From NCBI GenBank assembly GCA_964016885.1, contig OZ024746.1, positions 21,142,001 to 21,206,000 on the forward strand: a stretch of DNA of 64,000 nt. The letters are read 5' to 3'. Made by a program: the position numbers and the translations under genes. Below, piece by piece: positions 42,455 to 56,619 of the stretch (position 1 is its first letter; each line of letters opens with the position of its first letter). This stretch comes from Eledone cirrhosa (Eukaryota). The notes beneath the pieces are model-generated. The model was not told where the DNA came from. It made no database searches and saw only the letters and a list, made by a program, of their open reading frames with translations.

Positions 42455-42852
42455 TAAAGGCTGTCTCGAGTTCGGAGGCTCATCAGGCCGGTGAAAATTC
42501 AAGTTTCAGTGGTGTTAAGCGACTGAAAGTATAAGAACTCTCCCTGGACATGACGCCAGTCCATCACAGAGTTAAAGTCTGTCAAGAGCTCAGAAGCTCA
42601 TCAGATCGGTGCTTATTCTGGTTTCTTTAGCGTGAACCGACCGAGAGCACCAGACACCCTCTGGACATGACGCCAGTCCATTACAGGGTTACATCCCCAG
42701 CTATTGTTGGTACTGATTTTCAGCTGGGTATACTGGAACAACATGAAAGGAAGTGTTTTGCTCAAGAAAACGACACACAACCCAATCCAGGATCGATTCC
42801 GCGACGTTATGAGCGTAAGTCCAGCACCTTTACCACTAAGTCACGCGCCTTA
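42455..42852 (-). mobile_element. CORE-type SINE with duplicated tail (same design as 4597-4985)
   Basis: Minus head GGCGCGTGACTTAGTGGT; two CTGGACATGACGCCAGTCCAT blocks. Confidence 0.85.
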
Positions 42853-43477
42853 ACACATATCTAATATGACTAAGAACTTATTCCAAATCTTCACAGCACT
42901 CGCTACATTTGAAGACAGAAAGTTAAAAATAAAGGTTAGCTATAATTTAGTATCCGTGTAAATGGCAACACTTTCAAATCTTCATTTCATCCCATTCCTT
43001 GTTTTAACAGATATTTGTTGAAACCGTATTGCTGATTATTTACTAGGGACCCTCTATTTGACACTTGTATCACATCATACCCTCTCTATCTGCTTCATAA
43101 TTGCTATAAATATAACACCCTTTTCACTTAACGCCGTCCATTCACTTTTCCAATACCACTCATCTCACCCCACGTCTTTATTGCAACACAATTAATATTT
43201 AATATTGATTCCTACTTATTTACTTTCCTATTAATTATATTTATTAAACACATGAATCCTTACAGTATTCTGTCACTCTTCAAACTAACAATCAAGAGTT
43301 GTATTTAAGGATCCTGAAGCCAGAGTAATGGCTGATCTTAAAGTTTCACTTAATTGCTCCTCAAACTCAGGAAATGCCTCCTTCTACTTATAACCCTTAT
43401 ATTGAAATGTTTGACGAACACAACTTATACAATATGTTCTTCCTTTTGAATTTGATAAAATATACTGCAGGTATTTG

Positions 43478-43720
43478 AATGTACGTGGCTTAGTGATTAG
43501 GGTGTAGGGCTCCGAATCCTAAAACCGTGAGTTCTATTCCCGAACTTGGGAACGCATTGTGTCCTAGAGCAAGATACATTATTTCATGCTATTATAACAT
43601 AATCAGCTCCTCTCTCCCTCCCTCAAAAAGGGAGTTGCTATGATATGCTGGGGGCCAAGCTGTATCGTTGGGGTAGAGAGCGGAAAGTAGCTTGTATGAG
43701 CGGTCGTCGGTTTTCCATGG
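43478..43720 (+). mobile_element. CORE-type SINE, tail type 4
   Basis: CGTGGCTTAGTG, GAGTTCTATTCCC, GTGTCCTAGAGCAAGATAC. Confidence 0.75.
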
Positions 43721-43787
43721 AATATCTTCAGAAGTTTGCGCCACGAAGAGGAATTTTCCGGGTGCAAACCCACAGTCAGTCACGCAT

Positions 43788-43882
<95 letters not shown>

Positions 43883-44112
43883 ATATATATATAAGCTTTC
43901 CGAATGCAAGCCGAAACCGCTAGGCCTCTCGTTCGGAGTCTTACCTCCATTTATACCCATTCTGTTTCTTCCTATGCATAGAGTGCTGCCCTGATTTGTG
44001 GTCTTCCCTGTCTCGGCACCACAGTCGTTAAATATATATATATATATAACAAACCTGACTTTTGTAGGAAACATTACTTATAGTCAATCCCATGTTATTA
44101 TTCTATGGACTC

Positions 44113-44397
44113 TGCCTTTCATCCTTACGGGGTCGATAAAATAAAAGTACCAGTAATGCACTGGGTAATTGCTGGCCTTGTGCCTAAAGTAGAAACAATT
44201 ATTCTATGGACTCTGAAGTAGTGGAAAGCAAAATCGATCGTGGCAAGATTTAAATTAAAGCACCGAAAGAACTAAATATCATCTAGCTAATATATATATA
44301 TATAATTGTTTCTACTTTAGGCACAAGGCCAGCAATTACCCAGTGCATTACTGGTACTTTATTTTATCGACCCCGTAAGGATGAAAGGCAAAGTCAA
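44113..44397. mobile_element. Two 5'-truncated family M SINEs in opposite orientation (44113-44200 +; 44304-44397 -)
   Basis: Family match; TSD ATTATTCTATGGACTCTG around the first. Confidence 0.9.
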
Positions 44398-44419
44398 ATG
44401 AAAATTTGACACCTTGTCC

Positions 44420-44599
<180 letters not shown>

Positions 44600-44635
44600 C
44601 TTACAACGCCCCCCCCCCCATATATATGTATATAT

Positions 44636-45150
44636 ATGACGGCTGCAAACTCTGCTAAGAGTATTGCAATCGCTTCTCAGATTATAGAGTTTGGTGCACT
44701 TCTAGACTACGGCCAGCCCCACGAACCCGTAACATATCCTGAACAAGCAATGCCTGTGCTTTTGAAGCTTTTTTAAATAGGGAAAGGCCTTGCACTCGAC
44801 CAATCCCACTCTCTGAGCATCAAAAACACTACCCGAAAAGGAGAACTGGTCAACATCATCGGATGCTTCCGAAGTCGCAAGTTTTTTCTTCAGAGTTTCA
44901 TTCTCCTAGAAAGGTGTTGTGACAACAACTGGGGGACTTTCACTCCCAGGTAAAAAAAAAAAAAGGTCGCTCTCGAGTGCTACCGGTAACATGTAACCTA
45001 GTACAACCAGTCTCATGATCGGGTCGTACTAAATCGGCAACCCTACCAAACTAGCTTGGTGAGGAGGGTGATATTTGGAGACACACTGCGGGATGAAATA
45101 CAAGACCCGGCTAAGGGTGGAGACCCTCAGTAGAGTCAACGGCCATCCAA
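44636..45150 (-). mobile_element. Non-autonomous RTE-derived element; 5' module inverted
   Basis: Shares GCAATGCCTGTGC, CCCACTCTCT and TTCTCCTAGAA blocks with 52955-53493 and 53845-54452; CTAGGAGAA motif recalls RTE 5' UTRs. Confidence 0.7.
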
Positions 45151-45163
45151 ATAGTAGTAGTAG

Positions 45164-45261
<98 letters not shown>

Positions 45262-45336
45262 GTAAGTATGTATGTATACGTACATACATATATGTATACA
45301 GACGTACAGTAGCATGCATATGGCAGAAGGGTATAA

Positions 45337-45375
45337 GGTGCTGATGATAGCTAACAAGCTTGAAACTAGTACATC
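45337..45375 (+). ncRNA. Minimal hammerhead ribozyme
   Basis: GGTG-CTGATGA-T-AGC taacaa GCT-T-GAAA-CTAG-TA-CATC; palindrome ACTAGT. Confidence 0.78.
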
Positions 45376-45528
45376 GTTCCTGTGTCAGTGTTGAACAAAA
45401 AGGTGACGTGGTTGCCTTAACACCGTACGGCATAAATTCAGGCTGTTCAGTTTGTTTACAAACGAATAAAGCGGGCGTTATAATAAGCGTCCGCTAAACT
45501 GATACGTACATATATGTATGTGTACCTG

Positions 45529-45582
<54 letters not shown>

Positions 45583-45694
45583 TGCTACTGTACGTCTGTA
45601 TACATATATGTATGTACGTATACATACATACTTACATTTAAGTAAGTGCCGTACTAAGAGTGAGAAATGAAATTTCGTTTTCATTTTATTACAA

Positions 45695-45771
<77 letters not shown>

Positions 45772-47372
45772 GCAATACCTCATTACTTTCTTATCTACCT
45801 TTCTGCAATAACATTCATGCACTACAACATTTACATTGAGTGTGAAACATGGTGTTACCACACTAATATTTTATATTTTGTTTTAAATTATTTCTATTAC
45901 TCATATTAAAAATTATTATTATTAACAATATCACGTTGCCGAAAAATTAAATATTTCTATTCAATGTGCTATATACCAGACTATAACGTCTGTTAATTTG
46001 TTATATGAGGTTAAATTAATAGTTTTTATCATAATATTGAAAAGATAGAGCGGATAGAAAGAACAGAGGAAGAATAGGCGTATGTGGTGATGGTGATGGT
46101 GGAGGTAGGGGGGAAAATAACGTAAAATATCGAAATATGAGAATGCACAGAAAAGAATTTCTGTAGGCGCACGATGTATTCAAAGAGAAAAGTCCAATTT
46201 TATCACATGTGACAAATGTAGGACACCCGAAACTTTAAGGAAGCCGTTTGTTGGTGTCCTTGTAGATTCTGGTGCTAAGACAGTACTACTCATCCCAGTA
46301 TACCAATAGCTCCTAAAAGAGAAAGTTATTTGGGATAAAATCGCAACGGATACGAAGCAAAACAACAAAAAGATCCAGACGAACATGTATATACCGATAT
46401 GAGACAAGAATCTAAAATAAAACGCAGAGAAAAAGCGTGACAGACACATATGTAGTTAAGTAGCAGTAGGGGAAAGAGAAATTTTGTCACGAATTAGTTC
46501 GAGTTATAGCACTTCGAGTAAAAAGAGGAAAATCCAAGTGAACTGACCACTTCAACAGTCGAATTACAAAAGGACGTAGTAAGACAGAAAGAGTCTAGGC
46601 AGTATTATAATATATATATATAATTCAAAAACAGAAAAGACAAACATAGAGATGTTTGATGTGATAAAATTGGACTTGGTTCTTTGAATCCAAGTAATGT
46701 CACCTTACAGAAATGTGTGAGTGTATACAAATTATTGCTTGGGAAAGAATTGAATTTTTCCATATCCTGATCTTTCAAATGGTGTGGTTTTGATTTTGAC
46801 AATTACGCGTTTCTTACTTTGTAATTTCTTTAAAAGGAATATATCGATAACCTTAAAAAATGTGGATACTATACGTTGTCTGAATGGTATTATTCAGCTG
46901 CCTTGCTTTGTAATTAAAGTGTCACTGAAATGTCATAAAGCATAACCTTCTATTCTCATTAAATGACCCAAAATTAGTATTTTCTATGTCAATTAAATAT
47001 TAGTGTCGTCATTGTCGAGTAAATCCGACAAGTAAATCTATTGTAAAGACAATTAAGGAGAAAGCTGAAGTTCACAGTCATGTTTCTCGAGAAATATTAA
47101 TAGATCAAAGCTAGCTCAAGTATATTGAAGTAGAAGAAAAACGTTATATATGACATCAATGAAACAATAAATTCTTACTAGTTATCTCGTGATAATTTTA
47201 TATAGAGATACCTGTCATAAATGATGATACTACATATAGCTATTGAAACAATTACATTCAGTCATTGTCTAAAAGCCTGGAGTAACGTTTCGTCAAATGT
47301 GGTAGTAAATATACAATCGTAATAGATTGTGAAGATAGAATACCGAGAACTACTATCGAACGTCTATAGAAT

Positions 47373-47955
47373 AATTGTTTCTACTTTAGGCACAAGGCCA
47401 GCAATTACCCAGTGCCTTACTGGTACTTTATTTTATCGACCCCGTAAGGATGAAAAGCAAAGTCAACCTCGGCGGGACTTGAACTCAGATCGTAAAGGGA
47501 CGTAACTATGCTGGAAAGCATGGCGTCCGATCCTCTACCGATACTACCAATCCACCGTTTATAGAATAATATACCCAGATAGGCGGCGATTTGGCTGAGT
47601 TGTTAGAACATCTGATAGAATGTTTTGCAGTATTCGTTCCGACTCTCTGCTCTATGGCTTCAAATCTCACCGAGGTCAACTTTGCAGTATTTGTTATGGT
47701 TTTCTGCTCTCTCAGTTCAAATTCCGCTGAGATCAACTTTGCCTTTCATCCATTCGAGGTCGATAAAAATGTACCAGTCAAGTCGATTCTTCCTCTATAT
47801 CTCTTTTTCACTTCCTTTTTCTCACGCACTCTATCCTTCTCTGGAAGAAATCTGCTGTATTCAGACAAGAAGAGGCGATGGGCTCTGCCAGGTTTAAAAA
47901 CGTCCTAGAAACGTCATATGCTAATATGACATCCCCCACAACTCCCTCGGAAGTC
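47373..47955. mobile_element. Head-to-head SINEs: M short (47373-47556 -) and M2 with internal duplication (47581-47955 +)
   Basis: Family matches; TSD CGTYTATAGAATAAT. Confidence 0.88.
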
Positions 47956-49374
47956 CAATCAAACATACACAAGATGCCAATTAATGTTTCTAATGGTTAC
48001 GAGAATTAATTGCTTGAAAGAATCATTTATTTTGTCAGAAGCATACAAATTCATTTATTAGGGTTATGTAGCAAAATGGTACGTCTTTATATTTATTGTA
48101 TGCAAAAGATTTGATGACTCAGCAATTAATCTCTTGAACAACGTTTGATTGCATAAATTAGTCAGAGAAGGAAAAAAATCACGCATGAACATTGTATGGT
48201 CTGCAAACTGGTGGGAGAAAGTGAGAACATTATCCAGTTTACCAACTTTAACTCATGAGATTTGGGCTGAACCCAGGTTGTGATATTCGAGCGGATGTAT
48301 AATGGGATTGAAACCAAAAACACGTGACCGGGAGGCGAATTTCTTAATTACACTTCCCTGCTTTTGTGGAACAAACGTCTTAAACTACATAGCTATTCTT
48401 GCGCATCGCTAATCTCCTAACCACAGAGCTGTGCATAACAAACCAATTTGCTGAAAATGTCTAGTGCGTTAACTGACTAGAGTTTAACGTTTATAGGTTA
48501 GATAGTCTTTGTAAATCTACTCAGCATTGTCAGATCTAAAATTGTTTGTACATTGATTAATGATCATACTCCACATAAGGAAAGAAACTAGAAATGTTGA
48601 ATACAATTAAAGGTAGACCCGATAAAACACTTTTAACTAAAATCTAAATATACCAAGCATTTAATATTCTGAGAAAGACATTAAATATAGAGGGCATGGG
48701 GGCTATAAAGTGCTTCAATGGCGTGAAAATACAATTACCAGACGTTGTAATAATAAAGTATATGAATATTGTAGATGTTATACAGAAGAACATTTGTTGC
48801 TTTTGCTCTTTGTTTTCCTGAGTTTTCTCCATAATAAATATTCATATATTATAAATGTATTGTTAAGATTGTAAAATTTAAATAAGTGAACTTTATATAT
48901 TTATTTATTATGTAATATTATCAGGCTTTTTAAAAATATACGTTTACATTTATATAATTTTCAGATAATAAAATCTGCAGATTTTAGATTTCATAGATTT
49001 AATTTCATGGTTTTCAGAATAGCAATTTGCTGGTAATTAATGAGCTTCTTTGATAATAGAGACAGTGAGTCTGTACATTATTACATATCTTAATAGAAAT
49101 AGCAAGAATTCATCCCCTGAACCCCAGAAAGGAAAAGCATACTGAATAATGTAGTCTTAGACACACTAGTTGGGATAGTCTTAGTTGAAAAACCTTTCTT
49201 TATTGATTCACTTTAACACGGGTGACATGTGGCTATAAAATCTGACATTTCTTTGTTTACTTCTATACATCAATAAATACTCCTTAAGTAGTGTCAAGCT
49301 TAATAAAGTGAACCATTACAATAAATAATCCAGCTGCTAGAAACAGCAGCCAAACTTCTGTTGGGCATTCTATA

Positions 49375-49722
49375 GTATGTATGAACCCGGATGTAACTCT
49401 TGATGGAGTCATAGGGATTCAATATTGACATACGGTGTTACTAAGGGCATTTATTTAAATATAGCGGAATCCAAACCCTCTCCATGCTGGAGTACAGTAG
49501 ATATATTCCAGAGAAGGATAGATAGTTAGGAAAGGGAAGTGAGAAAGGAATATAGAGTAAAAATAGACCCTAGTACTTAACTGGTATTTTTATATCGACC
49601 TTGAATAGATGAAAGGCAAAGTTGATCTCAGCGGAATTTGAACTGAGAGAGCAGAGATCCGGAACAAATACCGCAAAACACTGTATTCGACATCCTAACG
49701 ACTTTGCCAACTCACCGCCTTC
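49375..49722 (-). mobile_element. SINE family M2, full length
   Basis: Minus head GAAGGCGGTGAGTTGGCAAAGTCGTTAG, B-box, central domain, M2 tail. Confidence 0.85.
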
Positions 49723-50053
49723 GCTCGGGTATAAATCCCTATGTTTAGTAAGAACGGAGAAAGGTGTGTAAATTTTGTTAAGATTATTTTTGACATTAAT
49801 GAAATAGATACTATTTACCAAGAAATGGAAAGCGCTTCGTACACTCAACACTTTCCACTAAATAACCTGTAATAAATGCCCAAATATCAAAACGAAGCTA
49901 TGCGATATTCATAGCGTTTACAGTTATAGATACTAGTTGTACAAATGAAGTTATTTATGTGGAGCAGTTCATCTTCAAATAGATATTGCGCCATGGTTTC
50001 GACTCAAGAGCTGACCCTTAATTAGATGACAGTTAATTCATCATTATTTTGAT

Positions 50054-50380
50054 TCCCGCCGAGGTTAACTTTGCCTTTAATCCTTATGGGGTCGATAAAA
50101 TAAAGTACCAGTAATACACTAGGTAATTGCTGGCCTTGTGCCAAAAGTAGAAACAATTATTTTGATTCAGATTTACGTGCGGTGGGTTGTCAGTATTGGT
50201 AGAGCATCGAATGTTTTGCGGCATAGAGTTACGGCCTAAGTTCAAATCTCGCCGAGGTCACTTTGCCTTCCATCCTTACATGGTCGATAAAATAAAGTAC
50301 CAATAACGCACTAGAGTCAATTTAATCGACCTTCTCTTCCCCCTAAAATTATTGGCCTTGTTTCTAAATCAGAAGCCATT
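50054..50380 (+). mobile_element. Family M short SINE nested in the TSD of a family M long SINE
   Basis: ATTATTTTGATTC occurs three times: before, between and after the two copies. Confidence 0.9.
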
Positions 50381-50795
50381 ATTTTGATTCAGATAATTAA
50401 GAATAATGTTAGAGAAAACATGAATTTCACAATACAGTTTTCCTTCTCCTTTCTAAAACTAATACCTATTTTTACGCGGAACTATTTAGACTAGTGTCTT
50501 GTTTTGGTTGTTATAGTTACAACATTTTAGCTATTATATCTTCCGGTCGTTTTTCAGACGCATGCCGTACAACAGTTAAAAATTTGCGACAATAGCAACC
50601 AAGGAAACGACACTATTGCCAACAAATAGCTATTTAATAATAGCGATTTCCATCTTCAAAAATTCAGTCAAAATTGATGCCTTCTAGCTACGTAGATCAG
50701 AATGAAATCGAAATGCATTTATACTGTAATATGGAAAATTCCAGATGAGCAGAATCAGTAGTCACTAGGTTTCCAATAAATGATCAGAACTGATT

Positions 50796-50835
<40 letters not shown>

Positions 50836-51515
50836 CAGTACAGCAACTAGTTGTCAAATTTACTTGGTGGCTAATAAAACAAATTACTAACTGATCACTA
50901 ACACTGATTAGAAAACGAAACATTAGAAGAATATTTATCCGTTTGATGTATAATTTTGAGTTTTTTCTTTTAGATGAAATAAATATTTTATTTGACTACG
51001 TTTTCATAAAACGAAATCAAATTCCTTTCAATCAAATATAAATGAGTAAATTTTATGAATGAAATCGTAGCCTTTACTGTACATAATTAATGTACACACA
51101 TCTTATAGAGCTTAATGACAGGGTAGACAGGTAAATAACGATCTGTAAAGTCGTCGTCGGAGAGTTCGAATGTGACTTGAAAGAAATCTTCGTAAATTTA
51201 AGTCTAACACGCACACACAGGACATACACAGACACCTCAAACAAACATATACAGCACTCACACACACACACATTTATATATATATAATCATGAAGTACAA
51301 GTCAATAGGTTATAATTGACTTCGTTTTATCATAACCGCTGTTACATTTCGGTGATAACCGTTATGCCACAGTTATGACCTAATCAGATAGCTAGAGGTT
51401 GAACAGAAAAAACCCCAGAAAAGTACAAAGAAGAAATAAAGTTTCCTCCTGTTGTTTTGATTTATTGATATGTCTCGGGTTGTATTTGTGTGTCTGTGGA
51501 TGTGCTTGTCTGCCT

Positions 51516-51548
<33 letters not shown>

Positions 51549-51828
51549 CTTGTATGTATGTACGTATGTATGTATGTTTGTATGTATGTATGTTTGTATG
51601 CATGTTCTTCTGGTTTTATAATTTCACAAAGTTTTCCCAATAGAGAGAGAGTCGGTTTCTAACATAGACACAAGACTCTCTCATTGGAATTTACACAACA
51701 TCAACTAGGTAGATATGCATGCATGCATGTGTAGATATGGATGTTATTGTATGTGTGGATGTGTATGTTTTGAGTTGTATGTGTGCATGTGTATATGCTT
51801 TGTATCTGTACATGTGTATATGCAGTTA

Positions 51829-52205
51829 TTAGATGCAAAAGTTTTGGAATGTTTTACATATTTTTACTGTTCCATTAATGGATTGTACTTGTAATTTCCT
51901 AACTAGTTGTGTTCTTTCTGTTCCTGTGAAGCCTAGCTTCTCAAGATTTGTATTGAGGCAGTTACTAACATATCCCAGTGCCCCAATAACCATAGGTATA
52001 AATCTGAAGGTATAATCAGGGTGGAGTATCTGCAGATTTCTCATCAGTTCTGCATAAATATTCTCCTTTTCACTAATCTTTGATATTATATTGGCATCTG
52101 CTGGACAGCTAACTTCCACTACTGTGCATGTTTTCTTCTCCCTGTCCCATATCATAATATCTGATCTGCTATGCCTGCATTTTATTGGGGTTTTTACTGG
52201 AACAT
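51829..52205 (-). mobile_element. Dong/R4-type LINE fragment: restriction-like endonuclease
   Basis: RHSRSDIMIWDREKKTCTVVEVSCP..EKENIYAEL..FIPMVIGALG. Confidence 0.88.
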
Positions 52206-52954
52206 GTATGTATGTATTTATGTATGTATGCTTGTATGTTTGTATGTATGTATGCATGCATGTTTGTATGAATGTATGTATGTATGTATTCATATCTGTG
52301 TGTGATAGGTTGCTCGGGAAATATATTAAAATTTAAAGAAAAATCGAATAGAAATATAGACGTTAGCAAAATATCTGATATGCAGGTTAAAATATATGGG
52401 TCTGGTACAATTTCACCGACCCTCTAGATATCGTTGTATAAATCCTCCACAAACAACACACTATCATTGATAAAAACAAAACGCATGAAATAATCTAATT
52501 GTTCTAAAGTATTTCTGAAAATAATAGAAGGGATGGAGATGGCATGAATATATTTGATCATAGGTCTGCTTGATCAGTTCCGATTTGTGGATAAACAACA
52601 ACAAACGTTTTCATGAATATAGAAACGTAATTACATTCCTGGCTGTTTTATTCAAAGAAATTATTTTTTTTTCACTAGGCAACGGACACCGTGTCCAATA
52701 TTTTATCAGAGGGAAACCAACTCAATCATACTTAGATCTATGAGAAAGGATTAATTCCACAAAGCATATATTTTATTATTTAAATTCAGTGATAGTTTAT
52801 AGTGAAGCTTAAAAAAACGAATTGGTGACACACATACATACACACACACACACATACATACACACACACACATACATACATACATACATACATACATACA
52901 TACATACATACATACATACATACATACATACATACATACATACATACATACATA

Positions 52955-53493
52955 CATGATGATGGCTGCCCCCTCGTTATCAAGTATGGCCATTGCAGGA
53001 TATACCATTATTAATAACTATCAATTAATTCTATCGTTCAATGCCTGTGCGTGAAGATATTTTTTTAAGTTAGGAAAGACTGTGCACTGAGCAATCCCAC
53101 TCTCTGAACGACAGTAGCTATAACCCGAAAAGAAGAAAAGATCAATATCATCGGCAACTACTGAGCTGTAGGTTTTATATCCGAGTCATCCCAGTTTCCT
53201 GAGTTGCCTTCTCCTAGAAGAATGCCCTGACAAAGGCTAGGGGTCCTTCACTCCCAGTGGTTTAACCGCGCGGTACATGTGTATATACATATTTACACAC
53301 TTTCGGATGGCCGTTAACTCTTATGAGTTATTCCGCCCTTTGTCAGGTTTTGTTATTTGTCCTGCAGGGTGTCCAAAATCACCCTCCTCACCAAGTAAAC
53401 TTGGTGGGGTTGCCGGTTTAGTCGCCGACAACCCGACCATGCAACAGGTTGTACTGGGTTTCATGTTACCAGTAGCACTCAAGAGTGACCCGA
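52955..53493 (-). mobile_element. Non-autonomous RTE-derived element
   Basis: Family match with 44636 and 53845 copies; (CAT)n tail in element sense; flanked by (TACA)n. Confidence 0.75.
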
Positions 53494-53844
53494 CATACAT
53501 ACATAATACATACATACATACAATAACATCCATATCTACACATGCAGACATGCATACATATCTACCTAGTTGATGTGTAAATTCTAATGAGAGAGTCTTA
53601 TGTCTATGCTAGAAACCGACTCTCTCTCTCTATTGGTAAAAATGTGAAATTATAAAACCAGAAGAACATACATAGATACATATATACATATATACATAAT
53701 ACATACATAACATACATATATACATACATTCATACATATATACATACATTCATACATAAATACATACATTCATACACATATATACATACATACATACATA
53801 TATACATACATATATACATTCATACATAAATACATAAATACATA

Positions 53845-54452
53845 CATGGTGGCTGCCAACTCGTTTTCGAGTACGGCCACTACTTTATATCCATGTAAGA
53901 GAACTCCTACCGATGTGCTGAACGAGTGTGACTTTTTAGTCCAGTCAGCGACTTGAAAACTCTGGTACAAACACTACACTTGTGACAATTATTGACACAT
54001 AGTGCTGGGCCCATGGTACATGTGATGACAAGTGCAGAGATATCTCCAGATATAAAGCAATGCCTGTGCCGTGAAGCTTTTATAGTGAGCAAAGGTACTG
54101 CACAAAGCCAGTCCCACTCTCTTAACCAAGATGATATTTACCAAAAAGAAGAGCAAGTCAACATCATTGGATACCATCAGGGTTGCAGGTGTTATATCAG
54201 AGTTTTCCTTCTCCTAGAATTCTGCCTTGACAAATGCTAAGGGGTCATCTCTCCCGGTGATTTTGGATGGCCATTGACTCTTAAGAGCTCCTTTGCTCTT
54301 TGACAGGTTTTGTTTTTAGTCCTGCAGGATGTTCAAAGTCACCCTCCTCACCAAGTAACCTTGGTGGGGTTGCCAGTTTAGTCGCCAACGACCCGACCAT
54401 GAGTCAGGTTGTACTGGGATACATGTTACCAGTACCACCAACAGGTGACCTG
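53845..54452 (-). mobile_element. Internally deleted RTE: 5' UTR fused to C-terminal C2H2 zinc finger and 3' UTR
   Basis: CSVCTRVFKSLTGLKSHTRSAH on minus strand; 5' modules shared with other copies. Confidence 0.78.
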
Positions 54453-54729
54453 ACATACATATATACATACATACATAAATACATAAATACATACATACAT
54501 ACATATATAAGCATACATACATATATACATACATAAATTCATACATAAACACATACATACATAGATATATACATACATATATATACATACATGCATACAT
54601 ATATGCATACACACATACATTCATACATACATACATTCATACATATATAGTGGAAAGCCTACTCGCGTCCGAGTACAGCTACTTCTTAGAACGAAAAAAT
54701 AAACGACATATAGTCAACTCCCAAAACAT

Positions 54730-55580
54730 GTTATTGATGTTGCTGTTGCTGTTGCTGATGCCGCCTTAGATGACTCATCAAATCAGGAAGTGGCTTACAT
54801 ATCATACCACACATTGTGCAGTTAGGTTTCCCATCTGTTTGTGTCTGGTTGGCATGGCACACCTTGTGGTGCCGAGTTAGCTCATTTGGAGAATGACGCA
54901 TTTTGGTGCAGATGCCATATGCAAAATGTATAAGGTAATCAAAGTAGCACAGTCTTTCACATACATACATGTCTGCATTCCCCACAGATAATAGTGTCTT
55001 TCAAACCTCGTTCTGGGAGAGGACTAACATCGCATTCCCCACAGATAATAGTGTCTTTCAAACCTCGTTCTGGGAGAGGACTAACATCGCATTCCCCACA
55101 TATAATAGTGTCTTTCAAACCTCATTCTGGGAGAGGACTAACATCCCTCATATATTCAGCTATTAGCTTCACTTCGGCATAGGCCCCCTGCTTCTTTTCA
55201 AATTCCTCAACACCGGCAGCTATGATATTTCGCCATTGGGCTCTATCGGCTGCAAGATTTTTCCATGTTTCCGTGTTGATGTTGACTTTCTTCAAGGTAT
55301 CTTTCACGTAGTCTTTGAAGCGCTTGTGTGGTTTACACCATACGCGTTTGTCTTGCAGCAGTTCGCCATACAGAACTTGCTTGGGGGATTCTGCTGTCAT
55401 TTAGTCGTAGTATATGAACTGCCCACCGGAGGCGTTCTTTCGTGATCATGCTCTCAATGCTTGGCATACAAGCTCACTGCAGCATGTCTGTGTCTGGTAT
55501 GAGACCTCCATGAGATCTTGAGGATTGAACGCAAGCATTGTTGATGGAAACATTCGAGACGCTGGATATGCCGATTAAAA
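54730..55580 (-). mobile_element. RTE LINE 3' fragment with C-terminal zinc fingers and an internal 57-bp triplication (54975-55145)
   Basis: PKQVLYGEL..KRFKDYVKDTLK..W..LAADRAQWR; CTMCGMICKPLPDLMSHLRRH; upstream LECFHQQCLRSIL. Confidence 0.88.
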
Positions 55581-55811
55581 CAATGGGAGACCGGACTGGA
55601 GATATCTTTTAAAAGTTTTATTGTTCAATGGCCTGGTTACGTAAGATCGTGGTGACATCATTAGTTAATCAATAAAAGGATTTACATCATTAGTTAATCA
55701 ATAAAAGGATTTACATCAAACACAAACAGAGAATAGAGAAAATATTTCATTCAGAGATGGCAAGCGAAATCGGTGTTATTGTTACTGGTACATTATTTTA
55801 TCAACCACATT

Positions 55812-55995
55812 GTGGATTGGCAGTATCGGTAGAGGGTCGGACGCCATGCTTTCCAGCATAGTTACGTCCCTTTATGATCTGAGTTCAAATCCCGCCAAGG
55901 TTGACTTTGCCTTTCATCCTTACGGGGTCAATAAAATAAAGTACCAGTAATGCACTGGGTAATTTGCTGGCCTTTTGCCTAAAGTAGAAACAATT
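55812..55995 (+). mobile_element. Family M short SINE inserted in an older opposite-strand M SINE
   Basis: TSD ATTATTTTATCAAC; host halves at ~55781-55805 and ~55996-56046. Confidence 0.88.
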
Positions 55996-56488
55996 ATTTT
56001 ATCAACAACGCAAGGAAGGAAGGCAAAGCTAACATCGGCGGGATTTAGTTATCTGACTAAATATAAAACCAAAATGAAAACCAACTGGAGCGTGTGTTTA
56101 TATTGGTAGCATAACCCTCCATCCCAAATTATAACAATACGTACGCACACACGCGATCGTACACATACACACATATACGGGCGCACATATGCACACATAT
56201 ATATATAATATGTAGATTCCCAAATTGTGTCGATGGTAATGACAGTTAAAATGTTACTCAATACATTGGTAGAGTATAGGCAGCTTTATTATATATATAC
56301 AAATGACTTCTAAACGACATTCCTGCTGATTTTATACGAATGAAACAGTTCTAATCCTGTAGAAGTCATTTCTCTCTATATATGTTATAAAGATGCCTGT
56401 ATATATATATATATATATATATTATAGATAACGAGGAATCAGTGATACAACAATATATATATATATATATATATAACACACACACATA

Positions 56489-56619
<131 letters not shown>

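Noticed and set aside
46150-46600. Coding-like purine-rich stretch
   Set aside because: Stops in all plus frames and no recognisable motif
54731-54985. Host C2H2 zinc-finger gene (also 53907-54010)
   Set aside because: Fingers are contiguous with RTE C-terminal or UTR sequence and belong to the retroelement
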